A stretch of 64,000 nt of DNA from a virus. The notes below the pieces were generated by a model. It was not told the DNA's origin, ran no database searches, and was given only the letters and a program-made list of their open reading frames with translations. A program made the position numbers and the translations under genes. The stretch spans positions 17,810-81,809 of IMG/VR virus record IMGVR_UViG_3300043395_001970; one strand, written 5' to 3'. The first letter of the stretch is position 1. Each line of letters begins with the position of its first letter. Positions 50,001 through 58,600 of the stretch are shown piece by piece.

Positions 50001-53000
50001 ATCTGAAACGAATAAACTTCCACTTACTGAAATTGAACCTGTAAAGTGTGAAGCGATTGATGCTGTAAATGCTCCGGCTTCACCTAATGATGAAGTAAAT
50101 GGCGTTGTTACAACAAATCCATCAACAGGAGAAACTGATGCTGTTACTGAACCAGATTTGATTTCAAACGATATTAATGCATCTTCAGTTAATGCTGATT
50201 TAGGAATATTTCTTAAATATCTACCTTCACCAAAGAAATTAGAAGATGATTCAAGCATTAATGCACCGCTTGTAGCGTACATATAGATACTACCAGTTAC
50301 TTGCAAACTACCGGTCAATTGAGAACCGCTTGCTACTGATTCTACTTTAAATCCATAATTAGGAGCTACTGAAGCTGTTACACTTCCACTTGCTATACGG
50401 AATACTTCTTCTGAAAGTGCTGAACGAGGTATATCAAATAATCCTCTACCACTACCACTATACATTGAAGCAGTTAATGTACCTTCTATTTTAGTTGCAC
50501 CAATAAATTTAATTTCAGCAGGTAATACAATTGAATCAACGATATTAAATGTACCAGCCATTGCTGAGTGGAATTGGCAATTATAATAAAGAGTATTAGG
50601 TGAACCAGAAGGTGGAGTAAATGTTATTGTTCCAACCGCTGCACCATTATTATTTACACCCGTATTATATGCATTACCTGTACCTGTTGAGTTTACACTC
50701 TTAATATAAAATGGATGACCAGATGCATTTACGTTAAATGTATGGGTTACCCCTCTTACTAAAGTTATTGTTGGATTTACTCCTTGTACCGAGCCACTAA
50801 ATATATATGCATTACTTCCATCAGCAGTTACATTATAAACAGGAAATAGAGATGATGTTAATACTTCTCTTGCCGATGATGAAACTATGAAGCTACCACT
50901 AATTGTAGAATATGTATTAACTACAAATCCTTTATCAGGTGCTATTGAAGCAGTTGCTGAACCGCTGAATATTTTTGTAGAATCAATTGCTAAATTAGCT
51001 AATGAAATATTTGTTAATCCACTGCCATCACCATAATAAACAGAACCACTTTCTACATAAAGACTTCCACTTATTCTTACACTACCTGTGAAGAATGAGC
51101 CACTTGCTGCAGATTTAACTACAAATCCAAAATTAGGTGATACCGATGCGGTTACCGAACCCGATTTAATTTCAGTTGATATTAATGCATCTTCACTTAA
51201 TGCATTTCTAGGAATATTTCTAAGATATGTACCTTCTCCAAAATATGCAGATGATGAATCCAATATTAAAGAACCAGATGTTGTAGTAACTCTTAAACTT
51301 CCGGTAATTGCAACACTACCAGTAATTCTAGAACCACTCAATGCTGAATCTACAATAAATCCTCTATCAGGTAATGCTGAAGCAGTTACACTTCCACTTG
51401 CTATTCTAAATAATTCCTGAGATAATGCTGAGAATGGAATATCTGTCAATCCTGCACCACTACCACTAAATACTGATGCAGATACTCCCATTCTAAATCT
51501 AGTACTTCCGCTAACATTTAAACTTCCACTAAATGTAGAACCGCTTGCTACTGAATTTACTACAAATCCAAAATTAGGTGAAACTGATGCAGTAACGCTA
51601 CCACTAAATATTTTTGATGTATCTAAATCAGAAATTGCTGCAGCAGGTATATCAAATAAATTTCTACCACTACCAGAATAAGATGAACCCGATGCTAAGA
51701 ATACACCACCACCGCTTATAAATAAACTTCCACTAAATCTAGAACCACTAGCTATAGATTCTACCTTAAATCCAAAATTAGGTGCTACAGATGCTGTAAC
51801 ACTACCACTAGCTATTTGTGATATATCAAATGATAATGCCGAGCGAGGTATATCATAAAGGAATCTACCACTACCACTAAAGGATGAGCCAGTTTCTAAA
51901 AATATACCACCACCTGTTATGAATAACGAACCCGTAAATCTTGAACCAAATTGTGCAGATTCTACTTTAAATCCAACACTATCAGGATTTACCGATGCAG
52001 TAACACTACCACTTGCTATTCTATTAGATACTTCAGCAGGTACATTTCTTAGTCCACTACCATCTCCAACATAAGAACCAGAAAAAGAGCCACTAAATGC
52101 AAATGCTCTAACACTACCACTTACATCAATACTACCAGTAAATTGTGAACCAAATGCCGAACCTGTTCTATCAGTTTCAACTCTAAATCCAAAATCAGGA
52201 GTGGTTGATGCAGTAATTGAACCAGATCCAATCCTAAATGCATCTCCGGTGAAAGCTGAACGAGGAATATTAAATAATCCACTACCATCCCCAACAAATG
52301 CCGAACCACTAAATGATCCTGTAAATTCTCTTGCTCTTACAACATCTCTTACTGTTAAACTACCAGTAATTCCTGTATTACCTATAAATAAAATTCTATC
52401 TTGTAGTAAGAAATTATTTACAATATTGATTTGGCCATTCATTGCTGAATGGAATCCGCATATATAATATAATGTGTCAGGAGAACCGGATGGTGGTGTA
52501 AAATATACCGAACCACTTTGAGTACCATTATTAACAACACCAGTTGTATATTGAGAACCAATTCCAGTTACAAGTGCGGTTTTAATATAAAATGGATGCC
52601 CAGTTGCATTTACTTCAAATCTATATGTTACACCTCTAACTAAAGTAAGTGTTGGATTTTGTCCTGTAGCTGCTCCATCAAATACATATGCAGATGAACC
52701 ATTGGCGGTTACATAAAAATAATTTGGTATTGATGAGGTTGCTAATGGTTCTGCTGATGATGATACTACAAAACTACCACTAATTGTTGAACGAGTATTT
52801 ACAGTAAATCCATAATCAGGTGTAATTGATGCAGTATATGAACCACTAAAGATTTTTGATGTATCTAAATCAGATATAGCAGTTTTAGGAATATCAAAAA
52901 GAAATCTACCACTACCAGAATAAGAACCAGAATATAATTCAACTCTTGCTCCACTTATAAATAAAGAACCAGTAAACTGAGAACCACTTGCTGAAGATAT

Positions 53001-54599
53001 TACTTGGAATCCTCTATCAATTGATACAGATGCTGTTACTGAACCGGTTTGTATTCTTGTTGCCGCAACAACTTCTTCTGCCAATGCCGATAATGGAATA
53101 TTAAATAATCCTTGTCCACTACCAGAATAAAATGAACCATTTGCCAATTGAACAATCCCACCAGTTACAAAAAGAGAACCGGTAAATTTAGAGCCACTAA
53201 AAGGAGATGTAACTACAAAACCTCTATCAGGAGAAACAGATGCTGTTACACTACCACTTTTAATTTCAGTAGATATTAATGCATCTTCCGTAAGTGCAGT
53301 TCTTGGAATATTTCTTAAATAAGTACCTTCACCATAATAAGCGGATGAAGAACCTAATATCAAAGAACCAGAAGTTGCTATAATTTCTAAACTACCAGTA
53401 ATAGAAACACTACCAGTAAATTCAGAACCACTATTAGGTGAAGTTACAACAAATCCAAAATTAGGAGATACTGAAGCTGTAACACTACCACTTACAATAA
53501 ACGAAGATAATAATGCATCTTCAGTTAATGCTGAACGAGGTATATTTCTTAGATATCTACCTTCACCATAATATGATGAACCAGATGCTAATTGTATAGA
53601 ACCACTATGAGGATTAACAAATAAAGAACCAGTAATATCAACACTACCTGTAATTCTAGAGCCACTTATTTGAGATTCTACTTTAAATCCAAATGTTGGT
53701 GAAACTGATGCGGTTACACTTCCACTTGTAATTTTAAATGGTTGAAATGAAAGTGCTGATTCTGGAATATCGAATAATCCTCTACCACTACCACTAAAGA
53801 ATCCACTCCCAGATGGTATTGTAATATTTCCACTTACAAATAAAGAACCCGTAAATGTAGAACCGCTTGCAATTGAAAGTACTTTAAACCCTTCTTCAGG
53901 TGAAACAGAAGCTGTTACGGAACCTGTTGATAATTTTGTTGCTTGCGGTAAATTAAATAAGTTTCTACCATCTCCAAAGAAAGAGCCTGTAAATGAACCA
54001 GTAAATGATGAACCTGTTGCTTGTGATGTTACTAATGATGAACTAATTAATACCGAACCAGTAAATTCTTGCTTATCATCATAAGCATCACCAAATTTAT
54101 TTGAACCAGATGAATAAATTACAGAAGATGAAATAAATGATACTAAAAGTTGTTGTGCATATATTGAATCATCAACATATAAATCACCCTGAACTCTAGT
54201 ATTTGTATTAACAACTAAATCACCTTCGATAAAAGATGCAGTTGATGAACCACTTGCTATTAACTTTGCACCAGGTAAATTAAATAATTGAGAACCATCT
54301 CCGATAAAAGAACCAGAGAAAGAACCTGTGAAACTACCACTTAATGATGTAGCGCTACCGGTAAAAGAACCTGTAAATTGTCCAGTTACTCTATCTAAAT
54401 CTAAACTACGAACAAATCCTCTATTACCCTGGTCATCGGAAACAACAATTGCAGGAGAGCCAGAAAGGGAAGCTGAAAAGTTTGGTACACCCAAATTAGG
54501 TTCAACCTGAGACAAATCAATAAACTGATACCTGTCCGGCGTTACATTTTTTGGGGATACTACCCTTACCCTACCTGTTAAAAGATTACTAATTGCCAT
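44010..54599 (-). CDS. giant virion fibre protein (3529 aa): SGS-rich ~55-60-aa repeats, two cupredoxin-like domains, ~1000-aa Gly-X-Y stalk, C-terminal adaptor domain
   Basis: Repeats of IxSGSVTASVSP..GF.V...SGS.FTGS; two GHPFYI...YYxCxxHxxMxG domains; Gly triplets. Confidence 0.8.
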   Translation of the reverse strand: MAISNLLTGRVRVVSPKNVTPDRYQFIDLSQVEPNLGVPNFSASLSGSPAIVVSDDQGNRGFVRSLDLDRVTGQFTGSFTGSATSLSGSFTGSFSGSFIGDGSQLFNLPGAKLIASGSSTASFIEGDLVVNTNTRVQGDLYVDDSIYAQQLLVSFISSSVIYSSGSNKFGDAYDDKQEFTGSVLISSSLVTSQATGSSFTGSFTGSFFGDGRNLFNLPQATKLSTGSVTASVSPEEGFKVLSIASGSTFTGSLFVSGNITIPSGSGFFSGSGRGLFDIPESALSFQPFKITSGSVTASVSPTFGFKVESQISGSRITGSVDITGSLFVNPHSGSIQLASGSSYYGEGRYLRNIPRSALTEDALLSSFIVSGSVTASVSPNFGFVVTSPNSGSEFTGSVSITGSLEIIATSGSLILGSSSAYYGEGTYLRNIPRTALTEDALISTEIKSGSVTASVSPDRGFVVTSPFSGSKFTGSLFVTGGIVQLANGSFYSGSGQGLFNIPLSALAEEVVAATRIQTGSVTASVSIDRGFQVISSASGSQFTGSLFISGARVELYSGSYSGSGRFLFDIPKTAISDLDTSKIFSGSYTASITPDYGFTVNTRSTISGSFVVSSSAEPLATSSIPNYFYVTANGSSAYVFDGAATGQNPTLTLVRGVTYRFEVNATGHPFYIKTALVTGIGSQYTTGVVNNGTQSGSVYFTPPSGSPDTLYYICGFHSAMNGQINIVNNFLLQDRILFIGNTGITGSLTVRDVVRAREFTGSFSGSAFVGDGSGLFNIPRSAFTGDAFRIGSGSITASTTPDFGFRVETDRTGSAFGSQFTGSIDVSGSVRAFAFSGSFSGSYVGDGSGLRNVPAEVSNRIASGSVTASVNPDSVGFKVESAQFGSRFTGSLFITGGGIFLETGSSFSGSGRFLYDIPRSALSFDISQIASGSVTASVAPNFGFKVESIASGSRFSGSLFISGGGVFLASGSSYSGSGRNLFDIPAAAISDLDTSKIFSGSVTASVSPNFGFVVNSVASGSTFSGSLNVSGSTRFRMGVSASVFSGSGAGLTDIPFSALSQELFRIASGSVTASALPDRGFIVDSALSGSRITGSVAITGSLRVTTTSGSLILDSSSAYFGEGTYLRNIPRNALSEDALISTEIKSGSVTASVSPNFGFVVKSAASGSFFTGSVRISGSLYVESGSVYYGDGSGLTNISLANLAIDSTKIFSGSATASIAPDKGFVVNTYSTISGSFIVSSSAREVLTSSLFPVYNVTADGSNAYIFSGSVQGVNPTITLVRGVTHTFNVNASGHPFYIKSVNSTGTGNAYNTGVNNNGAAVGTITFTPPSGSPNTLYYNCQFHSAMAGTFNIVDSIVLPAEIKFIGATKIEGTLTASMYSGSGRGLFDIPRSALSEEVFRIASGSVTASVAPNYGFKVESVASGSQLTGSLQVTGSIYMYATSGALMLESSSNFFGEGRYLRNIPKSALTEDALISFEIKSGSVTASVSPVDGFVVTTPFTSSLGEAGAFTASIASHFTGSISVSGSLFVSDVSGGLFIDSGSFIYAEGTYLRRIPKSALTEDALISTEIKSGSVTASVNPDEGFKVVTPFTQSQVGSQFTGSIEVSGSIRATEFLYGDGRYITNVQAAAAPLIASGSATASVQSGDTFIVTTGATGSGLNVQYGARFTGSIDVSGSVKAQFFVGDGSYITNVQAAAAPFIASGSATASVASGNNFVVTTSATGSQIGTRITGSVDVSGSVKAFAFVGDGSQLTNVVAAASPLIASGSATASVATGDRFQVITAPSSGSFKAEITASMAISGALTASLYIGDGGGLFNIPPEAIQNLELFKINSGSGVAIIDPNKLSVNVPITAARYDGDGSGLFNIPPEALDDLKIDRIQSGSVQAVISPNKGLQIGTRTFVSGNLSVTGSLFVTGGNIIATSGSVYYGDGSGLTNINIANLSFETFILKSGSVTASISPDKGFVVNTSSFVWGDSYVDGKLRANVITGSSTIFSPLFTGSFLGTYNFQGVGATASAEYNILRYNDTQGYFIPQPETSLTETVAFSNVSDLTIVHNLEILYPMVQVYATGSEDQIIPGQIISIDENTIQIKFAGLTSGHVVIGSGGSLISGTIEGNRVFGTVLSASHAIRADIADAVVGFDSASLSALSASLANANEYVRNNQTSSMAVFSAVSSSYALTASYALNAGQGGGTDLYIYQTSSLVRSQVAKINFSGSGVDVVQSGSDGVLVTINGGNAQSSQTASYILSTGVDGPLGMDSISFARTASYALFALNTPSSDTSSFLNINTNQTINASLTISGSLGVSGSVFFSSSIAFQSLPSGSSNEVVIWDPITKRLAYRNVAAAVGSSGTGGTSGQDGSSGSSGTSGSSGSSGSSGSSGTSGQDGSSGSSGTSGTSGSSGSSGSSGTAGSSGTSGSSGSSGSSGSSGSSGSSGSSGTSGTTGSSGSSGSSGTSGTSGTSGSSGSSGSSGTTGSSGTSGTSGTSGTSGTSGTSGSSGSSGSSGTTGSSGTSGSSGSGGTSGSSGTSGTSGTSGTSGTAGSSGSSGTSATSGSGGTSGSGGTSGTSGTSGSTGTGGSSGTSGSSGTSGTSATAGTGGTSGTSGTSGSTGTGGTSGTSGSDGTSGTSGTSGSSGEAGTSGTSGSGGTSGTSGTSGTSGSSGSSGTTGSAGTSGTSGSSGTSGEDGTSGSSGSSGSSGTTGSSGTSGTSGSSGTSGTSGSSGTSGSSGSTGSSGTTGSSGTSGSSGTAGSSGVDGTSGTSGTSGTSGSSGSSGTSGSSGTSGSDGSSGSSGSSGSAGSSGSAGSSGSSGTTGTSGSSGTSGSSGSSGTDGSSGSAGSTGSAGSSGTSGTTGTSGSSGTSGVDGTSGTDGSSGSSGSTGTDGTSGTTGSSGSSGTAGSSGIDGSSGSSGSSGSSGTNGTSGTTGSSGTTGSEGTSGTSGSSGTNGSSGTDGSSGSGGTSGSSGSSGSSGSSGLNGTFFGSSGSSGSSGSSGSTGSAGSSGSSGTDGTSGSGGTSGLNGTFFGSSGSSGSSGSSGSDGTSGSSGVSGTDGTSGSGGTSGLDGTYFGSSGSSGSSGTGGTSGVDGTSGSSGSSGSSGSSGLNGTFFGSSGSSGSSGSSGQNGTSGVDGTDGTGGSSGSSGSSGLNGTFFGSSGTSGSSGTNGTAGTSGLDGQNGTSGTTGTSGSSGLNGTFFGTNGTSGTSGTDGTSGSSGLSGTDGTSGTSGSSGLNGTFFGTNGTSGTTGTDGSSGTSGSTGTAGSSGTSGTTGSSGSSGLNGTFFGTNGSSGTSGAQGTQGDAGTSGTSGTSAPGFSSGTSGTDGFSGTSGSSGTSTPGITSGTSGSGGVSGTSGTSALGVTSGTTGSSGISGSNGTSAFASISGTLDNGVLTLEGSSPNVRAENNLTFDGNTLSVTGNVIVTTSVAASTFVSATTFRETYSDLGTGGSATFDLSTANNFRRQFNGSATITFSNPPASNAFGFTITTINAGAYVITWPVSVDWVGGVAPVLTSTGTDVLTFFTFNGGTTYYGFVVGKNLS
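44500..47555 (-). repeat. ~1000-residue Gly-X-Y repeat with eight GL(N/D)GT(F/Y)FG interruptions
   Basis: Direct reading of the translation. Confidence 0.9.
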
Positions 54600-54668
54600 T
54601 CCGTATTTCCAGCTTTATTATAAATATCTAAAAAATCACCTATAAATATTAATAGATAATTTATATCG

Positions 54669-55601
54669 TTATTCATTTGCAGATTCAAGAAGTGAAAGAA
54701 TAACTGTTAAATCTGGCGAACCAGAAACAATAAATCCATATCCTTCTTCTAATACAAGTTTACCTGCTACAACAGGTGAAAGTGAATCCGCCGCTGGGAT
54801 TGTTACGTTTGTTACTAATTGAATTGGATTTTGAGCTACTAATGTAGGATTTTCAATAGTATTTAAAACCACATTTGTTAAACCATTTATAACATAAGCA
54901 GAACTACTAAATTGTAATGTAGTTGGTGTAAATGAATTAAATGATTGTGTTACAGTATTTTGATATAATCTACTTACGAATTGAGAACCAGTAACTGATT
55001 GATTTTTTATAATTTGTTGTGATAAATAATTAAAATAATCAATTGCATCTAATGATGCTGAATATTCTTCTGGATAATTTGTTTTTATTATATTAACACC
55101 ATTTTTTGTAAAGTAAGCTTTTGCAGCTTTATCAGTTCTAATTTTTAAACTATTATCTAAATCATAAGCAATTGCGTCTGTCAAATCTAAAATGTAATTT
55201 TCAAAACGAGAAGAAGTAAATACAAAAGGAGTTTCAGAAAGATTATTTTGGAATGATGAATATGCCGCAACTTCTTTTCTTAAAAATTGTCTGTTTAAAG
55301 TTAGTAAATTTGATGCACTATCAAAACTTCCGCTAAAGTTATTTAAAGTTTGAAATCCACCAACCGATGCACTTATGAATGAACTACCACTATAAACTCC
55401 CTCAAATGAAGGTATTGGAATTTCTCTATTTGATGTTACCAAAATAGTAACAGGCAAAGTTGACAAACTTGTGTTTGTAATTTGCGCAGAAAGTACAATA
55501 GATGAAACCCCAGTTGGAGTTACATAAACTTCATCCTGCTCACCAGTCAGATTTGTTACTACTGACTGAAATCGGTTTAACGGTACGAATACTTGTGCCA
55601 T
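54669..55601 (-). CDS. structural protein: 41983..42315-like shell with an inserted Cys-less copy of the helical repeat of the upstream giant
   Basis: ASNLLTLNRQFLRKEV...DAIAYDL...AYF...SLDAIDY matches the repeat, but KCxRD is replaced by RFENY. Confidence 0.65.
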   Translation of the reverse strand: MAQVFVPLNRFQSVVTNLTGEQDEVYVTPTGVSSIVLSAQITNTSLSTLPVTILVTSNREIPIPSFEGVYSGSSFISASVGGFQTLNNFSGSFDSASNLLTLNRQFLRKEVAAYSSFQNNLSETPFVFTSSRFENYILDLTDAIAYDLDNSLKIRTDKAAKAYFTKNGVNIIKTNYPEEYSASLDAIDYFNYLSQQIIKNQSVTGSQFVSRLYQNTVTQSFNSFTPTTLQFSSSAYVINGLTNVVLNTIENPTLVAQNPIQLVTNVTIPAADSLSPVVAGKLVLEEGYGFIVSGSPDLTVILSLLESANE

Positions 55602-55627
55602 ATTTTATTTCTTTTTTCCTTTACATT

Positions 55628-58600
55628 TTAAATTTGTAGTGCCAATGAGAACGGAGTTACCAATGAGAATAGAGATTTACTAAATGTTCTACCCACAAGA
55701 GTACCAGTTGCCTGATTAATACTTAAACCAGTACCAATTCTAAAGTCACCATCTTGGTTACCAGAGGTAAAGAATATTCTACCACCACCCAATTCGGTAA
55801 TCTCATAAATTGGATTTGCTACACCACTACCACCCTGATTTGGAGGAAGTGCTTTAAACGTAACACCACTACCATTATAAGAGTAGTCAATACCAGTTGC
55901 CACAATCAATGAACCAAATGATTCTAATGGAGCACCTGCTGCGATAAATTCTGCTCTTGTTCTTAAATACCTATTAGTTTCAAGAGTTTCAAGCTTTTGT
56001 TGATTAATTACAGCTGCTGCACTTCCAAATTGACCGTTATAGTAGGATGATGCTGCTGCTATTGCTCTTTCATTTCCACCATATAATAAATCAGTTGCAC
56101 AAGCATCAACAATCAATCCAGTATCACGAGAACAACTAGCCTCATTATAGACTAAATATGGGAATGCTCCATTTGTATATCCGATTGCTCTTTGTTTCAG
56201 TTCATCTTTTGCTGCTACCAATCTAGCTGCTGCTTGTCTTCTCTTAGTTGTTGGTGCTAGATAAGTTAATTGTGTATTTGTTACAACTTTTTCAGCTATA
56301 CCTCTTGCGAAGTTAATTCCATCTACAGTTTGTTTCTTTTGACCAACCTCACCATTATCAGTATATGATTCTGCAATTGCTACTGAAGGTATTCTATAAT
56401 AATAAGAACCTGCTTCGATACTTCTTTCGTTACCACCATATACTAAGTCAGTTCTAATAGCATCTATAATAAATCCTAAGTCACGAGAACAACTTACTTC
56501 ATTATATTTTAATGTACTCCAAGATGAAGATAAGAAAGTAATTGTTTCTTTTTGTATTAATGATTTATTAAATGTTAATAATTGAGCTGTTCTCATTAAT
56601 GAACCAGAAACTACCCAAGCATCTGCGTAAGTTGGATTTGTTACTGATTTAGATGCTAATCTACCAGCATATCTTACACCTGTAATTGTTGGGTCTAATT
56701 GATTTTGCTCAGATGGTACACCTGCGTTAGTTGCTCTTGATGGGAATAGATAATAATATGTTCCAGCTATAACACTTCTTTCTTGTCCACCATAAAGAAG
56801 GTCAGTTGTTGCTGCATCAATCAAATACTTAACATCTCTACTACAACTTGCTTCGTTATATTTAACACCACTCCAAGAAGATGAAACATATGCAATAGCT
56901 TCAGCCGCAATAAAGTTTTTATTTTCTCTTAATAAGTAAACCGAAGAAGATACTGCTAAAGATGCTGTATTAAACTGAACATTTTGTATTACCTTTTGTG
57001 CAATTCTACTTGCGTAGTTTATACCATCGTTGGTTTGCTTTAGTTGTCCATCACCATCACCATCACCTAATAATGTTGCCTTCGATGGATATTTAAAGTA
57101 GAATTCACCACTCATTACGGTTCTTTCATTACCACCATATAATAAATCGGTTGCTACACCATCAATTATATATCCAACATCACGTCTACATTTAACTTTA
57201 TCATAGTTAAAATTAGCCCAACTTGATGTTAAGTAATGCATTGTTTCTTCTTGTATAAACTCTCTATTATTTCTCAACAATGTTACTGAAGCAGATACTA
57301 CTTGCGATGCAGTAACAAATACTTTATTTTGAATGATATTCTTAGCTATTCCACCTGCATAATCAATTGAGTTTACAGTTGGTTCTAATTGAGAACCCGT
57401 TGTTGCTAATGATGGATATAAGAAATAGAATAAACCTGCGTTTGCACTTCTTTCGTTACCTCCATATAAAATGTCAGTTGAAACAGCATCTATAATATGC
57501 CCCACATCACGTCTACACAAAGATTCAGAATATTGCAATCCTACCCAAGAAGATGAAATATATGCTATTGTTTCTTCTTGTATAAATTTCTTATTAGCTC
57601 TCATTAATTGGTGAGATGCCGATGCTTCCATAGAAGCCGTTACATAAACAGTGTTAAGTATTAATTTTTGTGCCAAACGGCTTGCGTACTTAATACCATC
57701 TAAAGTTTGGTTTAATTGTGTACCTTGAGCCTGTGATGGGTAATCATAATAGAATCTACCATTCACAACCGATGCAGAATTACTATTGAACACTAAATCT
57801 TCTGCTGCTCCGCTTATAATCAATCCTACATCTCTTTTACACTTATTCTCGTCATAAGATGCCGTACTCCAAGAAGAACTTAGGTATGCTATTGTTTCAT
57901 TTTGTATAAATGCAATATTATTTTTTAATATACCATAAGCAATCCACTTATTATCATCACTTACTGCTGTTGTGTAAGATGATGTTGGTAAAGTTAATGA
58001 AGCACTTATTACCGAAGAACCAGTACCCTTTGCTATTATGTTTGCTACAATTGAAATAGATGCCGAAATAGCACTTACTTCATTAGATGTTGCAGATGAA
58101 CCAGAAATATACTGAGGTGTATTTGTAACCTTAATATTGTTTGTAGTATTAAGTATTATTTGTGGTTCAGGTACTAAATTACTATTAATTATTTGTTCCG
58201 TTAATCTTCTAGCATAATCAATTGCAGTTGTTGTTTCAGCTACCTGCTCTGATTCGGTTGCCAATGAAGGATATAAGTAATAGAACTCACCGGCTTTATT
58301 ACTTCTTTCATTACCACCATATAATAGGTCAGTTGCAACCGCATCTACAATATATCCAACATCACGTCTACACTTAGATTCTATGTAATCCAATTCAGGA
58401 TATTTAGCATTTACAAATGCTACAGTTTCTTCTTGGATGAATGTTTTATTCTTTTTAATTAAGTTATATGCGTACTGATTGTTTGAATTAGGTGATACAA
58501 ATGTAGAACCGCTAACGATATTCATTGCTAATCCTCTAGCATGTCTTACACCGGTTAATGTTGGTTCTAATTGTTCATCAGTTGCTTCAGATGGATAATC

